NCBI RefSeq assembly: GCF_009914755.1
Contig: NC_060932.1
Length of the DNA: 64,000 nt
Strand: one strand, 5' to 3'
Source of the DNA: the human T2T-CHM13v2.0 reference genome, Homo sapiens
The notes under the pieces are model-generated. The model ran no database searches, was not told the origin of the DNA, and saw nothing but the letters and a program-made list of their open reading frames with translations. The position numbers were made by a program, and so were the translations under genes. Below, piece after piece: positions 24,001 to 36,185 of the stretch (its first letter is position 1; the number at the start of each line of letters is the position of its first letter).

Positions 24001-27000
24001 ATCTTCCCATGAATGCGAGATAGAAGTAATCTCAGAAACATGTTTATGCTGTATCTACTCAACTAACTGTGCTGAACATTTCTATTGATAGAGCAGTTTT
24101 GAGACACTCTTCTTTTGGAATCTGCAAGTGGATATTTGGATAGATTTGAGGATTTCGTTGGAAACGGGATTATATATAAAAAGTAGACAGCAGCATTCTC
24201 AGAAACTTCTTTGTGATGTTTGCATCCAGCTCTCAGAGTTGAACATTCCCTTTCATAGAGTAGGTTTGAAACCCTCTTTTTATAGTGTCTGGAAGCGGGC
24301 ATTTGGAGCGCTTTCAGGCCTATGCTTAAAATAGGAAATATCTACCTACAGAAACTAGACAGAAGCATTCTGAGAATCACGTTTGTGATGTGGGTACTCA
24401 ACTAACAGTGTTGATCCATTCTTTTGATACAGCAGTTTTGAACCACACTTTTTGTAGAATCTGCAAGAGGATATTTGGATAGCTGTGAGGATTTCGTTGG
24501 AAACGGGAATGTCTTCAAAGAAAATCTAGACAGAAGCATTCTCAGAAACACCTTCGTGATGTTTGCAATCAAGTCACAGAGTTGAACCTTCCGTTTCATA
24601 GAGCAGGTTGGAAACACTCTTATTGTAGTATCTGGAAGTGGACATTTGGAGCGCTTTCAGGCCTATGGTGAAAAAGGAAATATCTTCCCATAAAAACGAC
24701 ATAGAAGCTATCTCAGGAACTTGTTTATGATGCATCTAATCAACTAACAGTGTTGAACCTTTGTACTGACAGAGCACTTTGAAACACTCTTTTTTTGGAA
24801 TCTGCAAGTGGATATTTGGATCGCTTTGAGGATTTCGTTGGAAACGGGATGCAATATAAAACGTACACAGCAGCATACTCAGAAAATACTTTGCCATATT
24901 TCCATTCAAGTCACAGAGTGGAACATTCCCATTCATAGAGCAGGTTGGAAACACTCTTTTTGGAGTATCTGGAAGTGGACATTTGGAGCGCTTTCTGAAC
25001 TATGGTGAAAAAGGAAATATCTTCCAATGAAAACAAGACAGAAGCATTCTGAGAAACTTATTTGTGATGTGTGTCCTCAACAAACGGACTTGAACCTTTC
25101 GTTTCATGCAGTACTTCTGGAACACTCTTTTTGAAGATTCTGCATGCGGATATTTGGATAGCTTTGAGGATTTCGTTGGAAACGGGCTTACATGTAAAAA
25201 TTAGACAGCAGCATTCTCAGAAACTTCTTTGTGGTGTCTGCATTCAAGTCACAGAATTGAACTTCCCCTCACATAGAGCAGTTGTGCAGCACTCTATTTG
25301 TAGTATCTGGAAGTGGACATTTGGAGGGCTTTGTAGCCTATCTGGAAAAAGGAAATATCTTCCCATGAATGCGAGATAGAAGTAATCTCAGAAACATGTT
25401 TATGCTGTATCTACTCAACTAACTGTGCTGAACATTTCTATTGATAGAGCAGTTTTGAGACCCTCTTCTTTTGGAATCTGCAAGTGGATATTTGGATAGA
25501 TTTGAGGATTTCGTTGGAAACGGGATTATATATAAAAAGTAGACAGCAGCATTCTCAGAAACTTCTTTGTGATGTTTGCATCCAGCTCTCAGAGTTGAAC
25601 ATTCCCTTTCATAGAGTAGGTTTGAAACCCTCTTTTTATAGTGTCTGGAAGCGGGCATTTGGAGCGCTTTCAGGCCTATGCTGAAAAAGGAAATATCTAC
25701 CTATAGAAACTAGACAGAAGCATTCTGAGAATCACGTTTGTGATGTGGGTACTCAACTAACAGTGTTGATCCATTCTTTTGATACAGCAGTTTTGAACCA
25801 CACTTTTTGTAGAATCTGCAAGTGGATATTTGGATAGCTGTGAGGATTTCGTTGGAAACGGGAATGTCTTCATAGAAAATTTAGACAGAAGCATTCTCAG
25901 AACCTTGATTGTGATGTGTGTTCTCCACTAACAGAGTTGAACCTTTCTTTTGACAGAACTGTTCTGAAACATTCTTTTTATAGAATCTGGAAGTGGATAT
26001 TTGGAAAGCTTTGAGGATTTCGTTGGAAACGGGAATATCTTCAAATCAAATCTAGCCAGAAGCATTCTAAGAAACAGCTTAGGGATGTTTACATTCAAGT
26101 CACAGAGTTGAACATTCCCTTTCACAGAGCAGGTTTGAAACAATCTTCTCGTACTATCTGGCAGTGGACATTTTGAGCTCCTTGGGGCCTATGCTGAAAA
26201 AGGAAATATCTTCCGACAAAAACTAGACAGAAGCATTCGCAGAATCACGTTTGTGATGTGTGCACTCAACTGTCAGAATTGAACCTTGGTTTGGAGAGAG
26301 CACTCTTGAAACACTCTTTTTGTAGAATCTGCAGGTGGATATTTGGCTAGCTTTGAGGATTTCGTTGGAAACGGTAATGTCTTCAAAGAAAATCTAGACA
26401 GAAGCATTCTCAGAAACACCTTCGTGATGTTTGCAATCAAGTCACAGAGTTGAACCTTCCGTTTCATAGAGCAGGTTGGAAACACTCTTTTTGTAGTATC
26501 TGGAAGTGGACATTTGGAGTGCTTTCAGGCCTATGGTGAAAAAGGAAATATCTTCCCATAAAAACGACATAGAAGCTATCTCAGGAACTTGTTTATGATG
26601 CATCTAATCAACTAACAGTGTTGAACCTTTGTACTGACAGAGCAGTTTGAAACACTCTTTTTTTGGAATCTGCAAGTGGATATTTGGATCGCTTTGAGGA
26701 TTTCGTTGGAAACGGGATGCAATATAAAACGTACACAGCAGCATACTCAGAAAATACTTTGCCATATTTCCATTCAAGTCACAGAGTGGAACATTCCCAT
26801 TCATAGAGCAGGTTGGAAACACTCTTTTTGGAGTATCTGGAAGTGGACATTTGGAGCGCTTTCTGAACTATGGTGAAAAAGGAAATATCTTCCAATGAAA
26901 ACAAGACAGAAGCATTCTGAGAAACTTATTTGTGATGTGTGTCCTCAACAAACGGACTTGAACCTTTCGTTTCATGCAGTACTTCTGGAACACTCTTTTT

Positions 27001-30000
27001 GAAGATTCTGCATGCGGATATTTGGATAGCTTTGAGGATTTCGTTGGAAACGGGCTTACATGTAAAAATTAGACAGCAGCATTCTCAGAAACTTCTTTGT
27101 GGTGTCTGCATTCAAGTCACAGAATTGAACATCCCCTCACATAGAGCAGTTGTGCAGCACTCTATTTGTAGTATCTGGAAGTGGACATTTGGAGGGCTTT
27201 GTAGCCTATCTGGAAAAAGGAAATATCTTCCCATGAATGCGAGATAGAAGTAATCTCAGAAACATGTTTATGCTGTATCTACTCAACTAACTGTGCTGAA
27301 CATTTCTATTGATAGAGCAGTTTTGAGACACTCTTCTTTTGGAATCTGCAAGTGGATATTTGGATAGATTTGAGGATTTCGTTGGAAACGGGATTATATA
27401 TAAAAAGTAGACAGCAGCATTCTCAGAAACTTCTTTGTGATGTTTGCATCCAGCTCTCAGAGTTGAACATTCCCTTTCATAGAGTAGGTTTGAAACCCTC
27501 TTTTTATAGTGTCTGGAAGCGGGCATTTGGAGCGCTTTCAGGCCTATGCTTAAAATAGGAAATATCTACCTACAGAAACTAGACAGAAGCATTCTGAGAA
27601 TCACGTTTGTGATGTGGGTACTCAACTAACAGTGTTGATCCATTCTTTTGATACAGCAGTTTTGAACCACACTTTTTGTAGAATCTGCAAGAGGATATTT
27701 GGATAGCTGTGAGGATTTCGTTGGAAACGGGAATGTCTTCAAAGAAAATCTAGACAGAAGCATTCTCAGAAACACCTTCGTGATGTTTGCAATCAAGTCA
27801 CAGAGTTGAACCTTCCGTTTCATAGAGCAGGTTGGAAACACTCTTATTGTAGTATCTGGAAGTGGACATTTGGAGCGCTTTCAGGCCTATGGTGAAAAAG
27901 GAAATATCTTCCCATAAAAACGACATAGAAGCTATCTCAGGAAATTGTTTATGATGCATCTAATCAACTAACAGTGTTGAACCTTTGTACTGACAGAGCA
28001 CTTTGAAACACTCTTTTTTTGGAATCTGCAAGTGGATATTTGGATCGCTTTGAGGATTTCGTTGGAAACGGGATGCAATATAAAACGTACACAGCAGCAT
28101 ACTCAGAAAATACTTTGCCATATTTCCATTCAAGTCACAGAGTGGAACATTCCCATTCATAGAGCAGGTTGGAAACACTCTTTTTGGAGTATCTGGAAGT
28201 GGACATTTGGAGCGCTTTCTGAACTATGGTGAAAAAGGAAATATCTTCCAATGAAAACAAGACAGAAGCATTCTGAGAAACTTATTTGTGATGTGTGTCC
28301 TCAACAAACGGACTTGAACCTTTCGTTTCATGCAGTACTTCTGGAACACTCTTTTTGAAGATTCTGCATGCGGATATTTGGATAGCTTTGAGGATTTCGT
28401 TGGAAACGGGCTTACATGTAAAAATTAGACAGCAGCATTCTCAGAAACTTCTTTGTGGTGTCTGCATTCAAGTCACAGAATTGAACTTCCCCTCACATAG
28501 AGCAGTTGTGCAGCACTCTATTTGTAGTATCTGGAAGTGGACATTTGGAGGGCTTTGTAGCCTATCTGGAAAAAGGAAATATCTTCCCATGAATGCGAGA
28601 TAGAAGTAATCTCAGAAACATGTTTATGCTGTATCTACTCAACTAACTGTGCTGAACATTTCTATTGATAGAGCAGTTTTGAGACCCTCTTCTTTTGGAA
28701 TCTGCAAGTGGATATTTGGATAGATTTGAGGATTTCGTTGGAAACGGGATTATATATAAAAAGTAGACAGCAGCATTCTCAGAAACTTCTTTGTGATGTT
28801 TGCATCCAGCTCTCAGAGTTGAACATTCCCTTTCATAGAGTAGGTTTGAAACCCTCTTTTTATAGTGTCTGGAAGCGGGCATTTGGAGCGCTTTCAGGCC
28901 TATGCTGAAAAAGGAAATATCTACATATAGAAACTAGACAGAAGCATTCTGAGAATCAAGTTTGTGATGTGGGTACTCAACTAACAGTGTTGATCCATTC
29001 TTTTGATACAGCAGTTTTGAACCACACTTTTTGTAGAATCTGCAAGTGGATATTTGGATAGCTGTGAGGATTTCGTTGGAAACGGGAATGTCTTCATAGA
29101 AAATTTAGACAGAAGCATTCTCAGAACCTTGATTGTGATGTGTGTTCTCCACTAACAGAGTTGAACCTTTCTTTTGACAGAACTGTTCTGAAACATTCTT
29201 TTTATAGAATCTGGAAGTGGATATTTGGAAAGCTTTGAGGATTTCGTTGGAAACGGGAATATCTTCAAATAAAATCTAGCCAGAAGCATTCTAAGAAACA
29301 TCTTAGGGATGTTTACATTCAAGTCACAGAGTTGAACATTCCCTTTCACAGAGCAGGTTTGAAACAATCTTCTCGTACTATCTGGCAGTGGACATTTTGA
29401 GCTCTTTGGGGCCTATGCTGAAAAAGGAAATATCTTCCGACAAAAACTAGTCAGAAGCATTCGCAGAATCACGTTTGTGATGTGTGCACTCAACTGTCAG
29501 AATTGAACCTTGGTTTGGAGAGAGCACTTTTGAAACACACTTTTTGTAGAATCTGCAGGTGGATATTTGGCTAGCTTTGAGGATTTCGTTGGAAACGGTA
29601 ATGTCTTCAAAGAAAATCTAGACAGAAGCATTCTCAGAAACACCTTCGTGATGTTTGCAATCAAGTCACAGAGTTGAACCTTCCGTTTCATAGAGCAGGT
29701 TGGAAACACACTTTTTGTAGTATCTGGAAGTGGACATTTGGAGGGCTTTGTAGCCTATCTGGAAAAAGGAAATATCTTCCCATGAATGCGAGATAGATGT
29801 AATCTCAGAAACATGTTTATGCTGTATGTACTCAACTAACTGTGCTGAACATTTCTATTGATAGAGCAGTTTTGAGACCCTCTTCTTTTGGAATCTGCAA
29901 GTGGATATTTGGATAGATTTGAGGATTTCGTTGGAAACGGGATTATATATAAAAAGTAGACAGCAGCATTCTCAGAAACTTCTTTGTGATGTTTGCATCC

Positions 30001-33000
30001 AGCTCTCAGAGTTGAACATTCCCTTTCATAGAGTAGGTTTGAAACCCTCTTTTTATAGTGTCTGGAAGCGGGCATTTGGAGCGCTTTCAGGCCTATGCTG
30101 AAAAAGGAAATATCTACCTGTAGAAACTAGACAGAAGCATTCTGAGAATCACGTTTGTGATGTGGGTACTCAACTAACAGTGTTGATCCATTCTTTTGAT
30201 ACAGCAGTTTTGAACCACACTTTTTGTAGAATCTGCAAGTGGATATTTGGATAGCTGTGAGGATTTCGTTGGAAACGGGAATGTCTTCATAGAAAATTTA
30301 GACAGAAGCATTCTCAGAACCTTGATTGTGATGTGTGTTCTCCACTAACAGAGTTGAACCTTTCTTTTGACAGAACTGTTCTGAAACATTCTTTTTATAG
30401 AATCTGGAAGTGGATATTTGGAAAGCTTTGAGGATTTCGTTGGAAACGGGAATATCTTCAAATCAAATCTAGCCAGAAGCATTCTAAGAAACAGCTTAGG
30501 GATGTTTACATTCAAGTCACAGAGTTGAACATTCCCTTTCACAGAGCAGGTTTGAAACAATCTTCTCGTACTATCTGGCAGTGGACATTTTGAGCTCCTT
30601 GGGGCCTATGCTGAAAAAGGAAATATCTTCCGACAAAAACTAGACAGAAGCATTCGCAGAATCACGTTTGTGATGTGTGCACTCAACTGTCAGAATTGAA
30701 CCTTGGTTTGGAGAGAGCACTCTTGAAACACTCTTTTTGTAGAATCTGCAGGTGGATATTTGGCTAGCTTTGAGGATTTCGTTGGAAACGGTAATGTCTT
30801 CAAAGAAAATCTAGACAGAAGCATTCTCAGAAACACCTTCGTGATGTTTGCAATCAAGTCACAGAGTTGAACCTTCCGTTTCATAGAGCAGGTTGGAAAC
30901 ACTCTTTTTGTAGTATCTGGAAGTGGACATTTGGAGTGTTTTCAGGCCTATGGTGAAAAAGGAAATATCTTCCCATAAAAACGACATAGAAGCTATCTCA
31001 GGAACTTGTTTATGATGCATCTAATCAACTAACAGTGTTGAACCTTTGTACTGACAGAGCAGTTTGAAACACTCTTTTTTTGGAATCTGCAAGTGGATAT
31101 TTGGATCGCTTTGAGGATTTCGTTGGAAACGGGATGCAATATAAAACGTACACAGCAGCATACTCAGAAAATACTTTGCCATATTTCCATTCAAGTCACA
31201 GAGTGGAACATTCCCATTCATAGAGCAGGTTGGAAACACTCTTTTTGGAGTATCTGGAAGTGGACATTTGGAGCGCTTTCTGAACTATGGTGAAAAAGGA
31301 AATATCTTCCAATGAAAACAAGACAGAAGCATTCTGAGAAACTTATTTGTGATGTGTGTCCTCAACAAACGGACTTGAACCTTTCGTTTCATGCAGTACT
31401 TCTGGAACACTCTTTTTGAAGATTCTGCATGCGGATATTTGGATAGCTTTGAGGATTTCGTTGGAAACGGGCTTACATGTAAAAATTAGACAGCAGCATT
31501 CTCAGAAACTTCTTTGTGGTGTCTGCATTCAAGTCACAGAATTGAACATCCCCTCACATAGAGCAGTTGTGCAGCACTCTATTTGTAGTATCTGGAAGTG
31601 GACATTTGGAGGGCTTTGTAGCCTATCTGGAAAAAGGAAATATCTTCCCATGAATGCGAGATAGATGTAATCTCAGAAACATGTTTATGCTGTATCTACT
31701 CAACTAACTGTGCTGAACATTTCTATTGATAGAGCAGTTTTGAGACACTCTTCTTTTGGAATCTGCAAGTGGATATTTGGATAGATTTGAGGATTTCGTT
31801 GGAAACGGGATTATATATAAAAAGTAGACAGCAGCATTCTCAGAAACTTCTTTGTGATGTTTGCATCCAGCTCTCAGAGTTGAACATTCCCTTTCATAGA
31901 GTAGGTTTGAAACCCTCTTTTTATAGTGTCTGGAAGCGGGCATTTGGAGCGCTTTCAGGCCTATGCTTAAAATAGGAAATATCTACCTACAGAAACTAGA
32001 CAGAAGCATTCTGAGAATCACGTTTGTGATGTGGGTACTCAACTAACAGTGTTGATCCATTCTTTTGATACAGCAGTTTTGAACCACACTTTTTGTAGAA
32101 TCTGCAAGAGGATATTTGGATAGCTGTGAGGATTTCGTTGGAAACGGGAATGTCTTCAAAGAAAATCTAGACAGAAGCATTCTCAGAAACACCTTCGTGA
32201 TGTTTGCAATCAAGTCACAGAGTTGAACCTTCCGTTTCATAGAGCAGGTTGGAAACACTCTTATTGTAGTATCTGGAAGTGGACATTTGGAGCGCTTTCA
32301 GGCCTATGGTGAAAAAGGAAATATCTTCCCATAAAAACGACATAGAAGCTATCTCAGGAACTTGTTTATGATGCATCTAATCAACTAACAGTGTTGAACC
32401 TTTGTACTGACAGAGCACTTTGAAACACTCTTTTTTTGGAATCTGCAAGTGGATATTTGGATCGCTTTGAGGATTTCGTTGGAAACGGGATGCAATATAA
32501 AACGTACACAGCAGCATACTCAGAAAATACTTTGCCATATTTCCATTCAAGTCACAGAGTGGAACATTCCCATTCATAGAGCAGGTTGGAAACACTCTTT
32601 TTGGAGTATCTGGAAGTGGACATTTGGAGCGCTTTCTGAACTATGGTGAAAAAGGAAATATCTTCCAATGAAAACAAGACAGAAGCATTCTGAGAAACTT
32701 ATTTGTGATGTGTGTCCTCAACAAACGGACTTGAACCTTTCGTTTCATGCAGTACTTCTGGAACACTCTTTTTGAAGATTCTGCATGCGGATATTTGGAT
32801 AGCTTTGAGGATTTCGTTGGAAACGGGCTTACATGTAAAAATTAGACAGCAGCATTCTCAGAAACTTCTTTGTGGTGTCTGCATTCAAGTCACAGAATTG
32901 AACTTCCCCTCACATAGAGCAGTTGTGCAGCACTCTATTTGTAGTATCTGGAAGTGGACATTTGGAGGGCTTTGTAGCCTATCTGGAAAAAGGAAATATC

Positions 33001-36000
33001 TTCCCATGAATGCGAGATAGAAGTAATCTCAGAAACATGTTTATGCTGTATCTACTCAACTAACTGTGCTGAACATTTCTATTGATAGAGCAGTTTTGAG
33101 ACCCTCTTCTTTTGGAATCTGCAAGTGGATATTTGGATAGATTAGAGGATTTCGTTGGAAACGGGATTATATATAAAAAGTAGACAGCAGCATTCTCAGA
33201 AACTTCTTTGTGATGTTTGCATCCAGCTCTCAGAGTTGAACATTCCCTTTCATAGAGTAGGTTTGAAACCCTCTTTTTATAGTGTCTGGAAGCGGGCATT
33301 TGGAGCGCTTTCAGGCCTATGCTGAAAAAGGAAATATCTACATATAGAAACTAGACAGAAGCATTCTGAGAATCAAGTTTGTGATGTGGGTACTCAACTA
33401 ACAGTGTTGATCCATTCTTTTGATACAGCAGTTTTGAACCACACTTTTTGTAGAATCTGCAAGTGGATATTTGGATAGCTGTGAGGATTTCGTTGGAAAC
33501 GGGAATGTCTTCATAGAAAATTTAGACAGAAGCATTCTCAGAACCTTGATTGTGATGTGTGTTCTCCACTAACAGAGTTGAACCTTTCTTTTGACAGAAC
33601 TGTTCTGAAACATTCTTTTTATAGAATCTGGAAGTGGATATTTGGAAAGCTTTGAGGATTTCGTTGGAAACGGGAATATCTTCAAATAAAATCTAGCCAG
33701 AAGCATTCTAAGAAACATCTTAGGGATGTTTACATTCAAGTCACAGAGTTGAACATTCCCTTTCACAGAGCAGGTTTGAAACAATCTTCTCGTACTATCT
33801 GGCAGTGGACATTTTGAGCTCTTTGGGGCCTATGCTGAAAAAGGAAATATCTTCCGACAAAAACTAGTCAGAAGCATTCGCAGAATCCCGTTTGTGATGT
33901 GTGCACTCAACTGTCAGAATTGAACCTTGGTTTGGAGAGAGCACTTTTGAAACACACTTTTTGTAGAATCTGCAGGTGGATATTTGGCTAGCTTTGAGGA
34001 TTTCGTTGGAAACGGTAATGTCTTCAAAGAAAATCTAGACAGAAGCATTCTCAGAAACACCTTCGTGATGTTTGCAATCAAGTCACAGAGTTGAACCTTC
34101 CGTTTCATAGAGCAGGTTGGAAACACACTTTTTGTAGTATCTGGAAGTGGACATTTGGAGGGCTTTGTAGCCTATCTGGAAAAAGGAAATATCTTCCCAT
34201 GAATGCGAGATAGATGTAATCTCAGAAACATGTTTATGCTGTATCTACTCAACTAACTGTGCTGAACATTTCTATTGATAGAGCAGTTTTGAGACACTCT
34301 TCTTTTGGAATCTGCAAGTGGATATTTGGATAGATTTGAGGATTTCGTTGGAAACGGGATTATATATAAAAAGTAGACAGCAGCATTCTCAGAAACTTCT
34401 TTGTGATGTTTGCATCCAGCTCTCAGAGTTGAACATTCCCTTTCATAGAGTAGGTTTGAAACCCTCTTTTTATAGTGTCTGGAAGCGGGCATTTGGAGCG
34501 CTTTCAGGCCTATGCTGAAAAAGGAAATATCTACCTATAGAAACTAGACAGAAGCATTCTGAGAATCACGTTTGTGATGTGGGTACTCAACTAACAGTGT
34601 TGATCCATTCTTTTGATACAGCAGTTTTGAACCACACTTTTTGTAGAATCTGCAAGTGGATATTTGGATAGCTGTGAGGATTTCGTTGGAAACGGGAATG
34701 TCTTCATAGAAAATTTAGACAGAAGCATTCTCAGAACCTTGATTGTGATGTGTGTTCTCCACTAACAGAGTTGAACCTTTCTTTTGACAGAACTGTTCTG
34801 AAACATTCTTTTTATAGAATCTGGAAGTGGATATTTGGAAAGCTTTGAGGATTTCGTTGGAAACGGGAATATCTTCAAATCAAATCTAGCCAGAAGCATT
34901 CTAAGAAACAGCTTAGGGATGTTTACATTCAAGTCACAGAGTTGAACATTCCCTTTCACAGAGCAGGTTTGAAACAATCTTCTCGTACTATCTGGCAGTG
35001 GACATTTTGAGCTCCTTGGGGCCTATGCTGAAAAAGGAAATATCTTCCGACAAAAACTAGACAGAAGCATTCGCAGAATCACGTTTGTGATGTGTGCACT
35101 CAACTGTCAGAATTGAACCTTGGTTTGGAGAGAGCACTCTTGAAACACTCTTTTTGTAGAATCTGCAGGTGGATATTTGGCTAGCTTTGAGGATTTCGTT
35201 GGAAACGGGAATGTCTTCAAAGAAAATCTAGACAGAAGCATTCTCAGAAACACCTTCGTGATGTTTGCAATCAAGTCACAGAGTTGAACCTTCCGTTTCA
35301 TAGAGCAGGTTGGAAACACTCTTTTTGTAGTATCTGGAAGTGGACATTTGGAGTGCTTTCAGGCCTATGGTGAAAAAGGAAATATCTTCCCATAAAAACG
35401 ACATAGAAGCTATCTCAGGAACTTGTTTATGATGCATCTAATCAACTAACAGTGTTGAACCTTTGTACTGACAGAGCAGTTTGAAACACTCTTTTTTTGG
35501 AATCTGCAAGTGGATATTTGGATCGCTTTGAGGATTTCGTTGGAAACGGGATGCAATATAAAACGTACACAGCAGCATACTCAGAAAATACTTTGCCATA
35601 TTTCCATTCAAGTCACAGAGTGGAACATTCCCATTCATAGAGCAGGTTGGAAACACTCTTTTTGGAGTATCTGGAAGTGGACATTTGGAGCGCTTTCTGA
35701 ACTATGGTGAAAAAGGAAATATCTTCCAATGAAAACAAGACAGAAGCATTCTGAGAAACTTATTTGTGATGTGTGTCCTCAACAAACGGACTTGAACCTT
35801 TCGTTTCATGCAGTACTTCTGGAACACTCTTTTTGAAGATTCTGCATGCGGATATTTGGATAGCTTTGAGGATTTCGTTGGAAACGGGCTTACATGTAAA
35901 AATTAGACAGCAGCATTCTCAGAAACTTCTTTGTGGTGTCTGCATTCAAGTCACAGAATTGAACTTCCCCTCACATAGAGCAGTTGTGCAGCACTCTATT

Positions 36001-36185
36001 TGTAGTATCTCGAAGTGGACATTTGGAGGGCTTTGTAGCCTATCTGGAAAAAGGAAATATCTTCCCATGAATGCGAGATAGAAGTAATCTCAGAAACATG
36101 TTTATGCTGTATCTACTCAACTAACTGTGCTGAACATTTCTATTGATAGAGCAGTTTTGAGACACTCTTCTTTTGGAATCTGCAA
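19711..36185 (+). repeat. (8+7+11) composite units of 4417 bp, one lacking its 7-mer (8+11 = 3224 bp)
   Basis: 8-mer starts at 19711, 24128, 27352, 31769 and 36186 give spacings of 4417, 3224, 4417, 4417. Confidence 0.93.
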
